From: an uncultured Rhizobiaceae bacterium
GTDB lineage: Bacteria; Pseudomonadota; Alphaproteobacteria; UBA828
Direction: 5' to 3'
DNA length: 38,957 nucleotides
NCBI GenBank assembly: GCA_964413115.1
Contig: CAYPSQ010000006.1
Location: forward strand, 28,506-67,462
Part shown: one piece after another, positions 27,178-36,320 of the stretch
Layout of the letters: the number at the start of each line of letters is the position of its first letter
Position numbering within the stretch: position 1 is the first letter of the stretch
Notes under the pieces: generated by a model
Database searches by the model: none
The model's input: the letters and a program-made list of their open reading frames with translations, nothing else
Told to the model about the DNA's origin: nothing
Position numbers and translations under genes: made by a program

Positions 27178-29298
27178 ATGGGAAAATCAAAAAGCAAAAA
27201 CTATGTCGTCGCCACCGATGTTGGCGGCACCTGCACCGATACCATTGTCTTTGCGCCGGGCGAGCCGCTTTATCTCGGCAAAGCGCTCTCAACGCCGCCT
27301 AACTTCGCTGAGGGGGTGATGAATTCTATTCGCTCCGCAGGCGATACCATGGGCCTTTCTTTCGCTGAACTGTTCGCTGCCACGTCGCTCTTTGTGCATG
27401 GGTCGACCGTCGTCGACAACACTTTGCTCACCCGTGACGGCGCGCTAACCGGCCTTCTGACCACTGAGGGATTTGAGGATACGCTCCTGATCACGCGCGG
27501 CGCTTATGGCCGCTGGGGCGGGCTCAGCGAGGATGGCATCAAGCATCCGGTGGCGACTGAGCGGGCCGAACCGCTGGTACCGGACGATCGTATTTGCGGC
27601 CTGCCAGAGCGCGTCGATTACAAGGGCGCGGTGCTACGCGACCTTGATGTGGACGCCACCGAAAAAGCGGTGCGCTATCTAGTTGAGGAGAAGGGCGTCG
27701 AAGCGCTCGCCGTCTGCTTTCTCTGGTCTTTTTATAACGCCAAGCATGAGCATGCCGTGCGCGACGTGATTCAGCGTTTGGCACCTTCCATCTATGTGTC
27801 GCTATCGAGTGACATTGCACCAGTGCCGGGAGAATATGAGCGAACTTCGACCACCGTAATTAACGCCTACGCCGGCAACATCGCGTCTCTTTATCTCAAC
27901 AACCTGCAGGAACTGCTCACCAATGAGGGCTATGACGGGCCACTTCTAGTAATGCAGGGCTACGGTGGACTGTTGCCGGCCAAGGAGGCCGCAGGGCGGG
28001 CTGTCGGCATGATTGAATGTGGCCCGGCCGCGGGTGTTATCGGCAGCCGCTATCTTGGCCAAATGATGGGCGACGATGATGTTATCGCTGCAGATATGGG
28101 TGGGACCACATTTAAGGTGGGCGTTATTCAGGGCGGCGAGTTTGATTACGCACGCGAGCCGATGGTCGACCGTTTTCACTATGTCGCGCCGAAAATCGAA
28201 GTAGTTTCCATCGGCGCCGGAGGCGGTAGCATCGTGTCGCTTGATCCGCGCACCAACGTGCCTAGCGTCGGCCCGCGCAGCGCGGGCGCCCGGCCGGGAC
28301 CAATCTGCTACGGCCAGGGTGGCGAAGAGCCGACACTGACCGACGTCATGATCCTGGTTGGTTATATGGATCCGGAGAATTTTCTCGGCGGCGCGATAAC
28401 CCTCGACCTGGAGCGCACACGCACGATCTTCAAGGAGAAGATTGCCGATCCACTCGGTCTCGGGGTAGAGGAAGCTGCGATTGGCATATTCCGTATTGCC
28501 GCAGCACAAATCTCTGACCTTATTCATGAAATCACTGTTGAGCGCGGCCTTGATCCGCGCGATTTCGTGCTTCACGCTTTTGGTGGAAGCTGCCCGATCG
28601 TTTGTAGTATTTTCGGCGCAGAATTGAACGTCAAACGCATCGTCATTCCCTACACCGCATCGGTAAATTGCGCATTTGGTCTAGTTTCTGCGGATATCGT
28701 GCATGAATACAGCGTGACCAAAACATTGCCGGTGCCGAGCCCGGCCAAAGAACTCAATGCCATCTATGAGCCAATGATTGCCCAAGCACAGGCGCAACTC
28801 GCCAAGGAGGGCTTCGCCGAATCCGGTACTGCTTTTGAATGGTCGATCGATCTGCGTTATGGCCGACAAGTGCATGAGGTGACGACCCCGGTGCGTGGCA
28901 AAACGCCTTTGGACGAAGCAGGCTTGGCCGCTCTGGTCGATGATTTCGAGGCGCTCTACGAACGCAAGTTTGGCAAAGGCTCGGCCTACCGCGCTGCAGG
29001 TATGGAAATGACCATGTTCCGACTAACCGCAAGGGGTCAGATGAAGCGCCCGGAAATCGAGAAAATGGCGCTGGGTGGCAAAGACGCGAGTGCTGCCAAA
29101 ATCGGACGTCGGCCGGTCTTCGTCGATGCCGTGGGCGCGTTAGTCGAGTCCGATATTTATGATTTCGAGTTGCTAACTCCAGGCAGTGAAATTATCGGAC
29201 CGGCAGTCATTCACACGCCGATCACCACCATTGTTCTGCAAGACAAACAGACTGGTAATCTTGATGAATACCGCAACATGGTCATTCATTTCACCTGA
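27178..29298 (+). CDS. Hydantoinase A/oxoprolinase family protein 2 (acetone carboxylase beta-like)
   Basis: DVGGTCTD, HGSTVVDN, GEYERTSTT, ECGPAAG, DMGGTT, SAGARPGPICY and GLDPRDF. Confidence 0.93.
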   Translation: MGKSKSKNYVVATDVGGTCTDTIVFAPGEPLYLGKALSTPPNFAEGVMNSIRSAGDTMGLSFAELFAATSLFVHGSTVVDNTLLTRDGALTGLLTTEGFEDTLLITRGAYGRWGGLSEDGIKHPVATERAEPLVPDDRICGLPERVDYKGAVLRDLDVDATEKAVRYLVEEKGVEALAVCFLWSFYNAKHEHAVRDVIQRLAPSIYVSLSSDIAPVPGEYERTSTTVINAYAGNIASLYLNNLQELLTNEGYDGPLLVMQGYGGLLPAKEAAGRAVGMIECGPAAGVIGSRYLGQMMGDDDVIAADMGGTTFKVGVIQGGEFDYAREPMVDRFHYVAPKIEVVSIGAGGGSIVSLDPRTNVPSVGPRSAGARPGPICYGQGGEEPTLTDVMILVGYMDPENFLGGAITLDLERTRTIFKEKIADPLGLGVEEAAIGIFRIAAAQISDLIHEITVERGLDPRDFVLHAFGGSCPIVCSIFGAELNVKRIVIPYTASVNCAFGLVSADIVHEYSVTKTLPVPSPAKELNAIYEPMIAQAQAQLAKEGFAESGTAFEWSIDLRYGRQVHEVTTPVRGKTPLDEAGLAALVDDFEALYERKFGKGSAYRAAGMEMTMFRLTARGQMKRPEIEKMALGGKDASAAKIGRRPVFVDAVGALVESDIYDFELLTPGSEIIGPAVIHTPITTIVLQDKQTGNLDEYRNMVIHFT

Positions 29299-29306
29299 GG
29301 TACGCC

Positions 29307-31136
29307 ATGGACCCGATCACATTTTCGATCATTCGCCACCGGCTTTACCGCGTCATTGACGAGGCAGTGATAACCCTCAAGCATGTCTCGGGCAGCGCCA
29401 TCACCAATGAGGGCCACGATCTCATGGTGTCGCTCTATCGTGCCGATGGTTCTCTGTTGATGGGTGGTGTCGGTTTCCTACATCATCTGACCAGCGCTGC
29501 AGAAGCCTGCAAGGCGATCATCCGGCGCTTCGAGGGGCGTATTAACGCAGGCGATGTTTTTCTCACCAATTGCCCCTATACGGCGGCGCTGCATACCTCC
29601 GACGTTTATCTCGTATCGCCCATCCACTACGAGGGTGAGCTGGTGGCGTGGAGCGCCTGCTTCGTCCATGTTTACGATATCGGCGCCATGGTACCGGGTG
29701 GTTTCAGTCCGGATTCACGTGATATCTTTACCGAGGGCTTTTCTTCTCCTGGCCTCAAGCTAGTCGACCGCGGCGAGATGAATACCGACATCATGGATAC
29801 GCTCCTGAACATGGTGCGGGCGCCCGAGATGGTGGCACTAGACCTCTCGTCGATGATCGCCGCCAATAATGTGGCGCGTGAGCGAATGGTAGCGTTGGTC
29901 AAAAAATATGACCCCACGCGTGTTGATCAGGCATGCCAAATGCTAGTTGACCAGTCGGAGCAGAACTTCCGCGACCGCTTGCGCGAATTGCCCGATGGGC
30001 GGTGGGAATCGCGTCAATATTTTGATATCGAGGAAGAGACCTACCGTGTACTGCTCGCTATGACCAAGAAGGGTGATACGCTCACTTTTGATTTCACCGG
30101 CTCGAGTCCGCAATCGAAATATGGAATCAACTGCGCATACTGGGCCGCTTGGGGCGGCTTCTTCGCACCACTCTTTCCATTACTCTGTTACGATATCACG
30201 TGGAATGATGGCGTATTGCGGCCAATTTCGATGATCGCGCCGGAGGGTACGATTGTGAATTGCACCCGCCCGGCGCCGATCTCGCTCGCCACCGTTGGCG
30301 CTATCCAGTCTGTCAATAATGCCGCCTGCGTCTGCATTTCTAAAATGCTGTCGGCTAGCGAGAAATATGCCAAAGAAGCTACAGCCGTGTGGCATGGCAG
30401 CCATTTCGCAATTTTCATGTTTGGGCAGAATCAAAAAGGCCAGGAAGCTATCGGCATCATGACCGAGACCTTTGGCGGCGCCGGTGGCGGGCGCAGCTTT
30501 GCCGACGGCGTCGATGTCGGCGGGGAAATACCCAACCCGATCGGCCGCATGGCGAATGTGGAAACCACCGAAAGCCATTTCCCTGTGCGCTACTTGTTCC
30601 GCCGTGCTACCAGTGATTCTGGCGGCCCTGGAAAGTACCGCGGTGGAACGGCTCTCGAATATGCTATCCAACAGCATGATTCTCCCGATGGTGGCATCAA
30701 TTACGTGGTCTCGGGTAAGGGCACTAAATTTTCCATGAGCGATGGCTTGGGCGGTGGATTTCCCGGCGCGCCGTGCAACTTCCGATGGGTGCACGCCAAT
30801 GAGGCAGCTGAAGCGGGCAAGAACGTCAATCCATTTGCTATGTCACCGGAACAAATGGAGGGTGAGCAGGAATCGATCTCTTGGGGCGTATTCCCGCTGA
30901 TGGGTCAGGATGTGCTTTATGTTAGATCTGATGGCGGTGGCGGATATGGTGATCCGTTGATGCGCGAGCCGGAAAAGATCGCCCGTGATGTACGTGAAGG
31001 TAATGTAAGCGAAGGTGTGGGCCGCGATGTTTACGGAGTCGTGCTCAACGCCGAAGGCGGCGTGGACGCCGTCGCGAGCGCCGCGGCGCGTGACGCCATT
31101 CGCGTCGACCGCCTGAGCCAGGAGGCAGCGGAATGA
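29307..31136 (+). CDS. Hydantoinase B/oxoprolinase family protein 2 (acetone carboxylase alpha-like)
   Basis: MDPITFSII, NCPYTAALHTSD, HVYDIG, DSGGPGKYRGG and GGGGYGDP. Confidence 0.93.
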   Translation: MDPITFSIIRHRLYRVIDEAVITLKHVSGSAITNEGHDLMVSLYRADGSLLMGGVGFLHHLTSAAEACKAIIRRFEGRINAGDVFLTNCPYTAALHTSDVYLVSPIHYEGELVAWSACFVHVYDIGAMVPGGFSPDSRDIFTEGFSSPGLKLVDRGEMNTDIMDTLLNMVRAPEMVALDLSSMIAANNVARERMVALVKKYDPTRVDQACQMLVDQSEQNFRDRLRELPDGRWESRQYFDIEEETYRVLLAMTKKGDTLTFDFTGSSPQSKYGINCAYWAAWGGFFAPLFPLLCYDITWNDGVLRPISMIAPEGTIVNCTRPAPISLATVGAIQSVNNAACVCISKMLSASEKYAKEATAVWHGSHFAIFMFGQNQKGQEAIGIMTETFGGAGGGRSFADGVDVGGEIPNPIGRMANVETTESHFPVRYLFRRATSDSGGPGKYRGGTALEYAIQQHDSPDGGINYVVSGKGTKFSMSDGLGGGFPGAPCNFRWVHANEAAEAGKNVNPFAMSPEQMEGEQESISWGVFPLMGQDVLYVRSDGGGGYGDPLMREPEKIARDVREGNVSEGVGRDVYGVVLNAEGGVDAVASAAARDAIRVDRLSQEAAE

Positions 31137-31405
31137 GCACCCGCATTTCCGCTTCTCTGGTAGTAAACGCAAATGCCGAGATTGCCTGCATGGCATGCGG
31201 GCATGCGTTCGGTCCATCCGGCAAACCCTGGAAAGAAGCGGCGAGTTTCAGTGAAACCACTTTGAAAGGCGCCGGCGGCGAGCCCTATACGAACGCGACC
31301 AATGTGCTGCTGCGGCGCTTTTACTGCCCCGGTTGCGCGGTACTTTTAGATAGCGAAACAGCGCTGGCGGGAGACCCATTTCTCAACGACGTCGTGCATA
31401 TCTAG
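31133..31405 (+). CDS. Acetone carboxylase gamma subunit-like small Zn-binding protein
   Basis: IACMACGHAFG…WK…LRRFYCPGCAVLLDSE…P…D; ATGA overlap with the hydantoinase B gene. Confidence 0.8.
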   Translation: MSTRISASLVVNANAEIACMACGHAFGPSGKPWKEAASFSETTLKGAGGEPYTNATNVLLRRFYCPGCAVLLDSETALAGDPFLNDVVHI

Positions 31406-31413
31406 GCGCGGTC

Positions 31414-32097
31414 ATGCATGCTATCAAAATACGCCCAGAAATTATCGCGCGCGTCATGGCACGGCGCGGGCGGGTGCATCTGTTCGAGAAATTGACTCCG
31501 ACAAAAACCGCGCTTGTCGTCATCGACATGCAGAATACGTTTCTCTATCCCGGTGCACCCGTCGAGGTGCCGAAGGGCCGCGAGATCGTTGCCAACATTA
31601 ATCGCTTGACCGCGCGTTTGCGGGAAATCAGCGTGCCCGTGATTTGGGTAACACACGCTAACAGCAGCTCCGAAGGTAAAAGCGATTGGCCGGGTTTTTT
31701 CGATCATTTTGTCACCGCGGAGGTAAGGCAGAAGACCGTCGACGGACTGGCGCCCGGTGCAGAGGGACAAAAAATCTGGCCTGAGCTCGATGTTGCGTCC
31801 GAGGACGCTCAGATTTTCAAAAACCGCTATAGTGCACTTATTGCGGGGTCGTCGTCGCTCGAGAGTCTGTTGCTTGGCCAGGGAATTGACACGCTGCTAA
31901 TCGCTGGCACTAAGACCAATGTGTGCTGCGAATCAACGGCGCGCGACGCCATGATGCTCGATTTTAAAACTGTGATGCTGTCTGACTGCTGTGCCGCGCT
32001 TTCGGATGAAGAGCACCGCTCAACATTAGAAACCATGATCCAGCAATTCGGCGATGTGATGACCATGGACGAAGCACTCGCGGCGCTGCAGAAATAA
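31414..32097 (+). CDS. Cysteine hydrolase (isochorismatase family; RutB/N-carbamoyl amidase-like)
   Basis: ALVVIDMQN, KNRYSAL and GTKTNVCCESTARDA give an Asp-Lys-Cys triad. Confidence 0.9.
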   Translation: MHAIKIRPEIIARVMARRGRVHLFEKLTPTKTALVVIDMQNTFLYPGAPVEVPKGREIVANINRLTARLREISVPVIWVTHANSSSEGKSDWPGFFDHFVTAEVRQKTVDGLAPGAEGQKIWPELDVASEDAQIFKNRYSALIAGSSSLESLLLGQGIDTLLIAGTKTNVCCESTARDAMMLDFKTVMLSDCCAALSDEEHRSTLETMIQQFGDVMTMDEALAALQK

Positions 32098-32119
32098 CCT
32101 GGCGGTGAAAAGGTAAGTG

Positions 32120-32790
32120 ATGGCCAGCCGTCCCAGAAACGACTTCACAGATCGCCTCGGCATCTGGCATCCGATTATTCAGGCGCCGATGGAGGGCGCG
32201 GTGACTCCGGGGTCAGCTGACGAGGTAATCACAGGATCGCGGCGCTGAAGCCGTCATCGCGCAAGCTTTTAACGCCAGCGGACACCAGGGCACATTTCTG
32301 GGTGACGTCGACTCCAGCACTGTCGGTACCTTGGCGTTGGTGCTGTAAGATGTCTACGCATCAAGTTTTCTGGTGATAGCCGCCCGCGGTGTTGCCAGTC
32401 CATGTGGCATTGCAGCAGCTTTCGAGATTGGAGCCAGCGGGGGTCAGATCGGCACCGCTTTTCCCGCCTGTCCGGAGACAGAAATACATTCCGTGCACCG
32501 CGAAATACGACCGCAAGTGCCTAGTGAAATAACCCAAGTTGCGCGCACTATAATCTGGCTGGCCCCCTCGGGCGATCGTCAATCTCCACATCATCGATAT
32601 GAATAAAATTAGCGCGGAACCCCTGGATTCACTGCGCAATACAGCTTGTCAGCCCGCTCGATGGGCCAAGTGGAAAGTGTGAAAAGAGCGAGCTCACGGT
32701 AAATTCAACCGGGCAGGCCGCACCGCTGGCGCGGCCCAGCACTGCTGGACAAGTACGCTGCTGTAGCCCGGATCGTCATCTCGGCAATTA
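32120..32790 (+). pseudogene. Eroded nitronate monooxygenase (2-nitropropane dioxygenase) family gene
   Basis: Fragments in shifting frames: DRLGIWHPIIQAPMEG, GHQGTFL, VGTLALV, VIAARGVA…GIAAAFEIGASGGQIGTAF.ACPE and GQAAPLAR; internal deletions. Confidence 0.8.
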
Positions 32791-32809
32791 AGACTTATTT
32801 CCATGAAAA

Positions 32810-33559
32810 TCAGTTCAAATAGGTGCCACCATTGACATTGAGAGTGGTGCCGACACAAAAAGCAGCATCGTCTGAAGCGAGGAAAAGCGCCGCTGCGGCG
32901 ATTTCTTCGGTCTTGCCAAGGCGCCCTATGGGCATAAGGTCATTGACCAGTTTGTCGATCACCTCTGGCTCGATACCAGCCAGCATGGAAGTATCAGTCG
33001 GACCCGGCGAAAGCGTGTTGACGCAAATGCCGCCATCGATGGCTTCCAGCGCAAGGCATTTGCTGAATGCGATGACCGCCGCCTTGGAAGCGGCGTAATG
33101 GCTGAGGCCGGGATTGCCGCGATGCGCGACCTCCGACGCAAAATTTACAATACGGCCCCAATTGCGCCGGCGCATCGCGGGCATCACCGCGCGGCAGCAA
33201 AGAAATGTGCCGCGCAGATTGATGCGCAGCATTTGATCCCAGTCGGCTACGGCCATTTCCTCCACTGGCGAGGCGCCGGCTATGGCAGCTGCATTAATCA
33301 AAATATCGATCTTCCCGACCGCTTCGGCGGTAGCAGCAAAGGCGTTTTCAACCGAGGTTTCGTCGCCAACATCGATTGCTGCGCCATAATGGCCCGAGCT
33401 CAGACCATTCAGGGCTGCAGCGGTTTGGGCTGCACCATCGCCATTGAGATCGAGCAACGCCAATGTGGCGTCCTCTGCCGCGAAGCGACGTGCAATGGCT
33501 GCGCCGATACCACCCGCGCCGCCAGTAATCGCCGCTGTTTTGCCAGAAAGTCTTGCCAT
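32810..33559 (-). CDS. SDR family oxidoreductase (FabG-like)
   Basis: TGGAGGIG, LINAA, YAASK and VNTLSPG; start moved to ATG 33559 (MARLSGK). Confidence 0.92.
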   Translation of the reverse strand: MARLSGKTAAITGGAGGIGAAIARRFAAEDATLALLDLNGDGAAQTAAALNGLSSGHYGAAIDVGDETSVENAFAATAEAVGKIDILINAAAIAGASPVEEMAVADWDQMLRINLRGTFLCCRAVMPAMRRRNWGRIVNFASEVAHRGNPGLSHYAASKAAVIAFSKCLALEAIDGGICVNTLSPGPTDTSMLAGIEPEVIDKLVNDLMPIGRLGKTEEIAAAALFLASDDAAFCVGTTLNVNGGTYLN

Positions 33560-34144
33560 GTTTTCCGCCCTATTTGATGTAAAACACCCTGCCCAAGGTA
33601 TGTTCCGAGCTCCACCATGGAAAGAGGTGATTCCGTGCGTACCAACGCCACCCTTCATTACGTCCTCGCTGAAATTCCGAAAAAACCAGTGTTTGTTGAC
33701 ATTCACAAAACAGTGGTCGGTTGGCTGCTGTGAAGAAAGTTGGTGATGCCTGTAAAAAACGTAAGAAATCCTTTGGCCACTTGTTGCCGGATGTGGCGAC
33801 GGGCGCTGTCCTCTTTCGCCAAGATTTTGATTTCATCTGCTACTCGGGCGATGTGTGAATTTTCCAGGCAGTTCTCAGGGACGGCATTGATTAGCTACGT
33901 GTGAAAGGCAAGGGCAAGGGGTGCTAGCGGGTGCTGGTCGTGGCGCAGCTATAATAAGAAATGGATATCGTAACGATGAATATCATCGAGTTAACGTTGC
34001 TTTCGATTTTCCGGGAGTCGAATTAAAAGTTTATAGGGTGAGGTTCATTTCCTATTTGAGTTTGTTGGAGGGTTATCCGTTGGTACCTAGCCATACGTCC
34101 GGTCATAATCCGGTCCAGAGATTATAATAATTTATGGGTTGAAC

Positions 34145-34903
34145 ATGTCCGTTAATCTGGAAATCGAACGCTTTGGTACGATCGCTCTCGTTCAGTTGGA
34201 TAGACCCGATGTCCGCAATGCATTGAATTATGCATTGATCGACGAAGCAGCGGAAGCACTGCGCCTGCTCAACCAGGATAAAGATTGTTGCGCCGTGGTC
34301 TTGAGCGGATCAGGCGACCGCGCATTTTGCGCCGGCATGGATTTGGATGTTGTCCGCCAACTTGATGCGGATTCCTGCGCCGATTGGTTGGTGCGCCTGA
34401 AGCGGCTCTACGAAGCAGTGCGCTGGCTCGATAAGCCCTGCGTCGCGGGGGTTAATGGCGTTGCCGTCGGAGCTGGGTTTCAACTTGCGCTGCTGGCCGA
34501 TTTACGCGTTGGCCATAGCGGCGCTCAAATGGGTCAGCCGGAAATTAATGTCGGATTGGCCAGCATTCTGGGGGCGCACATAATGGCGCCCCTCCTCGGC
34601 CATGCTCGTACAGTCGAGCTTACCCTGAGCGGACGCCTGATGGATGGCGACGAGTGCTTTCGCCTCGGCCTGTTCAATTATTTGGTCGATCCCGATGAAG
34701 TCCGCGGCAAAGCCATCGAGGTCGCGAATCAATTGGCGCAGAAACCACCCACTGCGATGCGCCTCACTAAGCAGCGTTTTCGCGATGATGGTCAAACCGC
34801 ATTCGACGCCGTATTCGAGGCTGCGACGCGATCGCAACGGGAGGCGTATGACAGCGGCGAGCCGCAGCGGGTGATAGCGGAATATTTTGCAAAGCGGAGC
34901 TAG
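34145..34903 (+). CDS. Enoyl-CoA hydratase/isomerase family protein
   Basis: LDRPDVRNAL, RAFCAGMDL, KPCVAGVNGVAVGAGFQ and GQPEINVG. Confidence 0.92.
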   Translation: MSVNLEIERFGTIALVQLDRPDVRNALNYALIDEAAEALRLLNQDKDCCAVVLSGSGDRAFCAGMDLDVVRQLDADSCADWLVRLKRLYEAVRWLDKPCVAGVNGVAVGAGFQLALLADLRVGHSGAQMGQPEINVGLASILGAHIMAPLLGHARTVELTLSGRLMDGDECFRLGLFNYLVDPDEVRGKAIEVANQLAQKPPTAMRLTKQRFRDDGQTAFDAVFEAATRSQREAYDSGEPQRVIAEYFAKRS

Positions 34904-34923
34904 GCTAGACCTAGCGGGAGTTA

Positions 34924-35195
34924 TTAGAACTCTGGCGAGCACAGAATAACCAGGGTGTCGGCCGCCTGCGCACCCTGCTCGCGCGGCGATGCGCTCTTGG
35001 GTATCAACCATGGCGGCAATATCGGTGGGCAATCGGCCACGCAAGCCATCCAGCAGCGCGGAACCCTTAAAATTGCGCGCCATTACCGTACTTTTGTCCC
35101 TGGCTAATGGCGCCACTCGCAATGTTTTATCTTCAAAAATTCGGCAAATACGCCGCTCATGCTAGGTAACAGCCCTGCACCGAATGCCAGATTTA
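34924..35195 (-). pseudogene. C-terminal remnant of an ADP-forming acyl-CoA synthetase ATP-grasp domain
   Basis: AFGAG…SGVFAEFL / EDKTLRVAPL…KGSALLDGLRGRLPTDIAAMVD / EQGAQAADTLVIL, with frameshifts and no 5' part. Confidence 0.7.
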
Positions 35196-35440
35196 GAGAA
35201 TCAGAGTAGCTTTCCTAACTCAATCGAGTTCTTCAATAGTCTCGACTATGAAGAGAAGCTCTGACTACGCTTGGTCAACGACTATTTTCGAGCGGGAAGC
35301 AGACATATCGAACTAGAACTAAATTGCCAATGTGGACAAGCCTTAGGAGAGGTCCTCGGATTTAAGCAACCAGTGTCGAGAGAGGATGTTACACGGCCGT
35401 TAGTACAAAAAATTAATCATAAGGCTCCGGCCTAACCATT

Positions 35441-36310
35441 TTATAGCCCGAAGCGGCTCCACCAGGCGCGAGCTTCAATCGACGCCAAGATATTATCGAC
35501 CAGGCCGTCGCCATCGTTTGGCAGTAAAGTCGCGCTTATTCCACCGGTGGCGCTAAAGCCGAATCGGCGGCGCAGCCAGCTTGGGCGGCGGCTGACAGTG
35601 CGGATACGGACCTTTTTGCCGTAGCGTTCGCGCAACACACCGCGGATATCGCCGATGCCATCGGCCAGCCCTATCTCTACGGCGCGCGCTCCCAGCCAGA
35701 AATCGCCACTGAACAATTCCTCCTCGTCTAGGCTGAGGCGCTGGCCGCGCCGGCTCCTGACTAGGTCTTTAAAATTTTTATGAATTTGGTGCTGCACGTT
35801 CACCAGCCGGGCGACATCCTCTGGACGCTCTGGCTTGAACGGATCGAGCAAGGATTTCTTGTCGCCCATGGTATGCAGGCGGCGCTCGATGCCGAGCTTC
35901 TCTAGCGCATCAGTGAAGCCAAAACCTGCGGAAATCACGCCGATACTGCCAAGAATCGAATTGTCATTAATGAAAATCTCATCCGCCGCGCAGGCCAACC
36001 AATACCCACCCGACGCCGCGACGTCCTCGACAAATGCCATCACCGGCACTTCGCGCTCTATCGCCAGGTCGCGGATGCGGCGCTGGATTAGCGCTGATTG
36101 CACTGGCGAGCCGCCTGGCGAATTAATGCTGAGTGCGATCGCTTCAAGGCCCGGCAGGCGAAATGCGCGCTCCAGGGAAGGCGCCAGGGATTCCAGATTA
36201 AGGCCGCCTCGCAGAAACCCGCCCTGACCGATCACGCCGGTTAGGCGAATTACGGCCACCACCGGTGGCGGGCGGCGGAAGGTGAGGCGAGCGATTAGGC
36301 GGGAGGACAT
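35441..36310 (-). CDS. S49 family peptidase (SppA/SohB-like)
   Basis: INSPGGSPVQS, DVAASGGYWLA, GSIGVI and LFSG.FW.G; start at ATG 36310. Confidence 0.92.
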   Translation of the reverse strand: MSSRLIARLTFRRPPPVVAVIRLTGVIGQGGFLRGGLNLESLAPSLERAFRLPGLEAIALSINSPGGSPVQSALIQRRIRDLAIEREVPVMAFVEDVAASGGYWLACAADEIFINDNSILGSIGVISAGFGFTDALEKLGIERRLHTMGDKKSLLDPFKPERPEDVARLVNVQHQIHKNFKDLVRSRRGQRLSLDEEELFSGDFWLGARAVEIGLADGIGDIRGVLRERYGKKVRIRTVSRRPSWLRRRFGFSATGGISATLLPNDGDGLVDNILASIEARAWWSRFGL

Positions 36311-36320
36311 ATCACACCCT

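Noticed and set aside
35200-35435. Coding-like plus-strand stretch (…LRLVNDYFRAGSRHIELELNCQCGQALGEVLGF…)
   Set aside because: It has an in-frame stop, no clear start and no family I recognise.
4018-35440. attL/attR direct repeat of the tRNA 3' end delimiting an integrated element
   Set aside because: I found no second copy of GTCCGACCGCGCGGACCA in the spacers I inspected and no intact integrase, so no mobile element is called.
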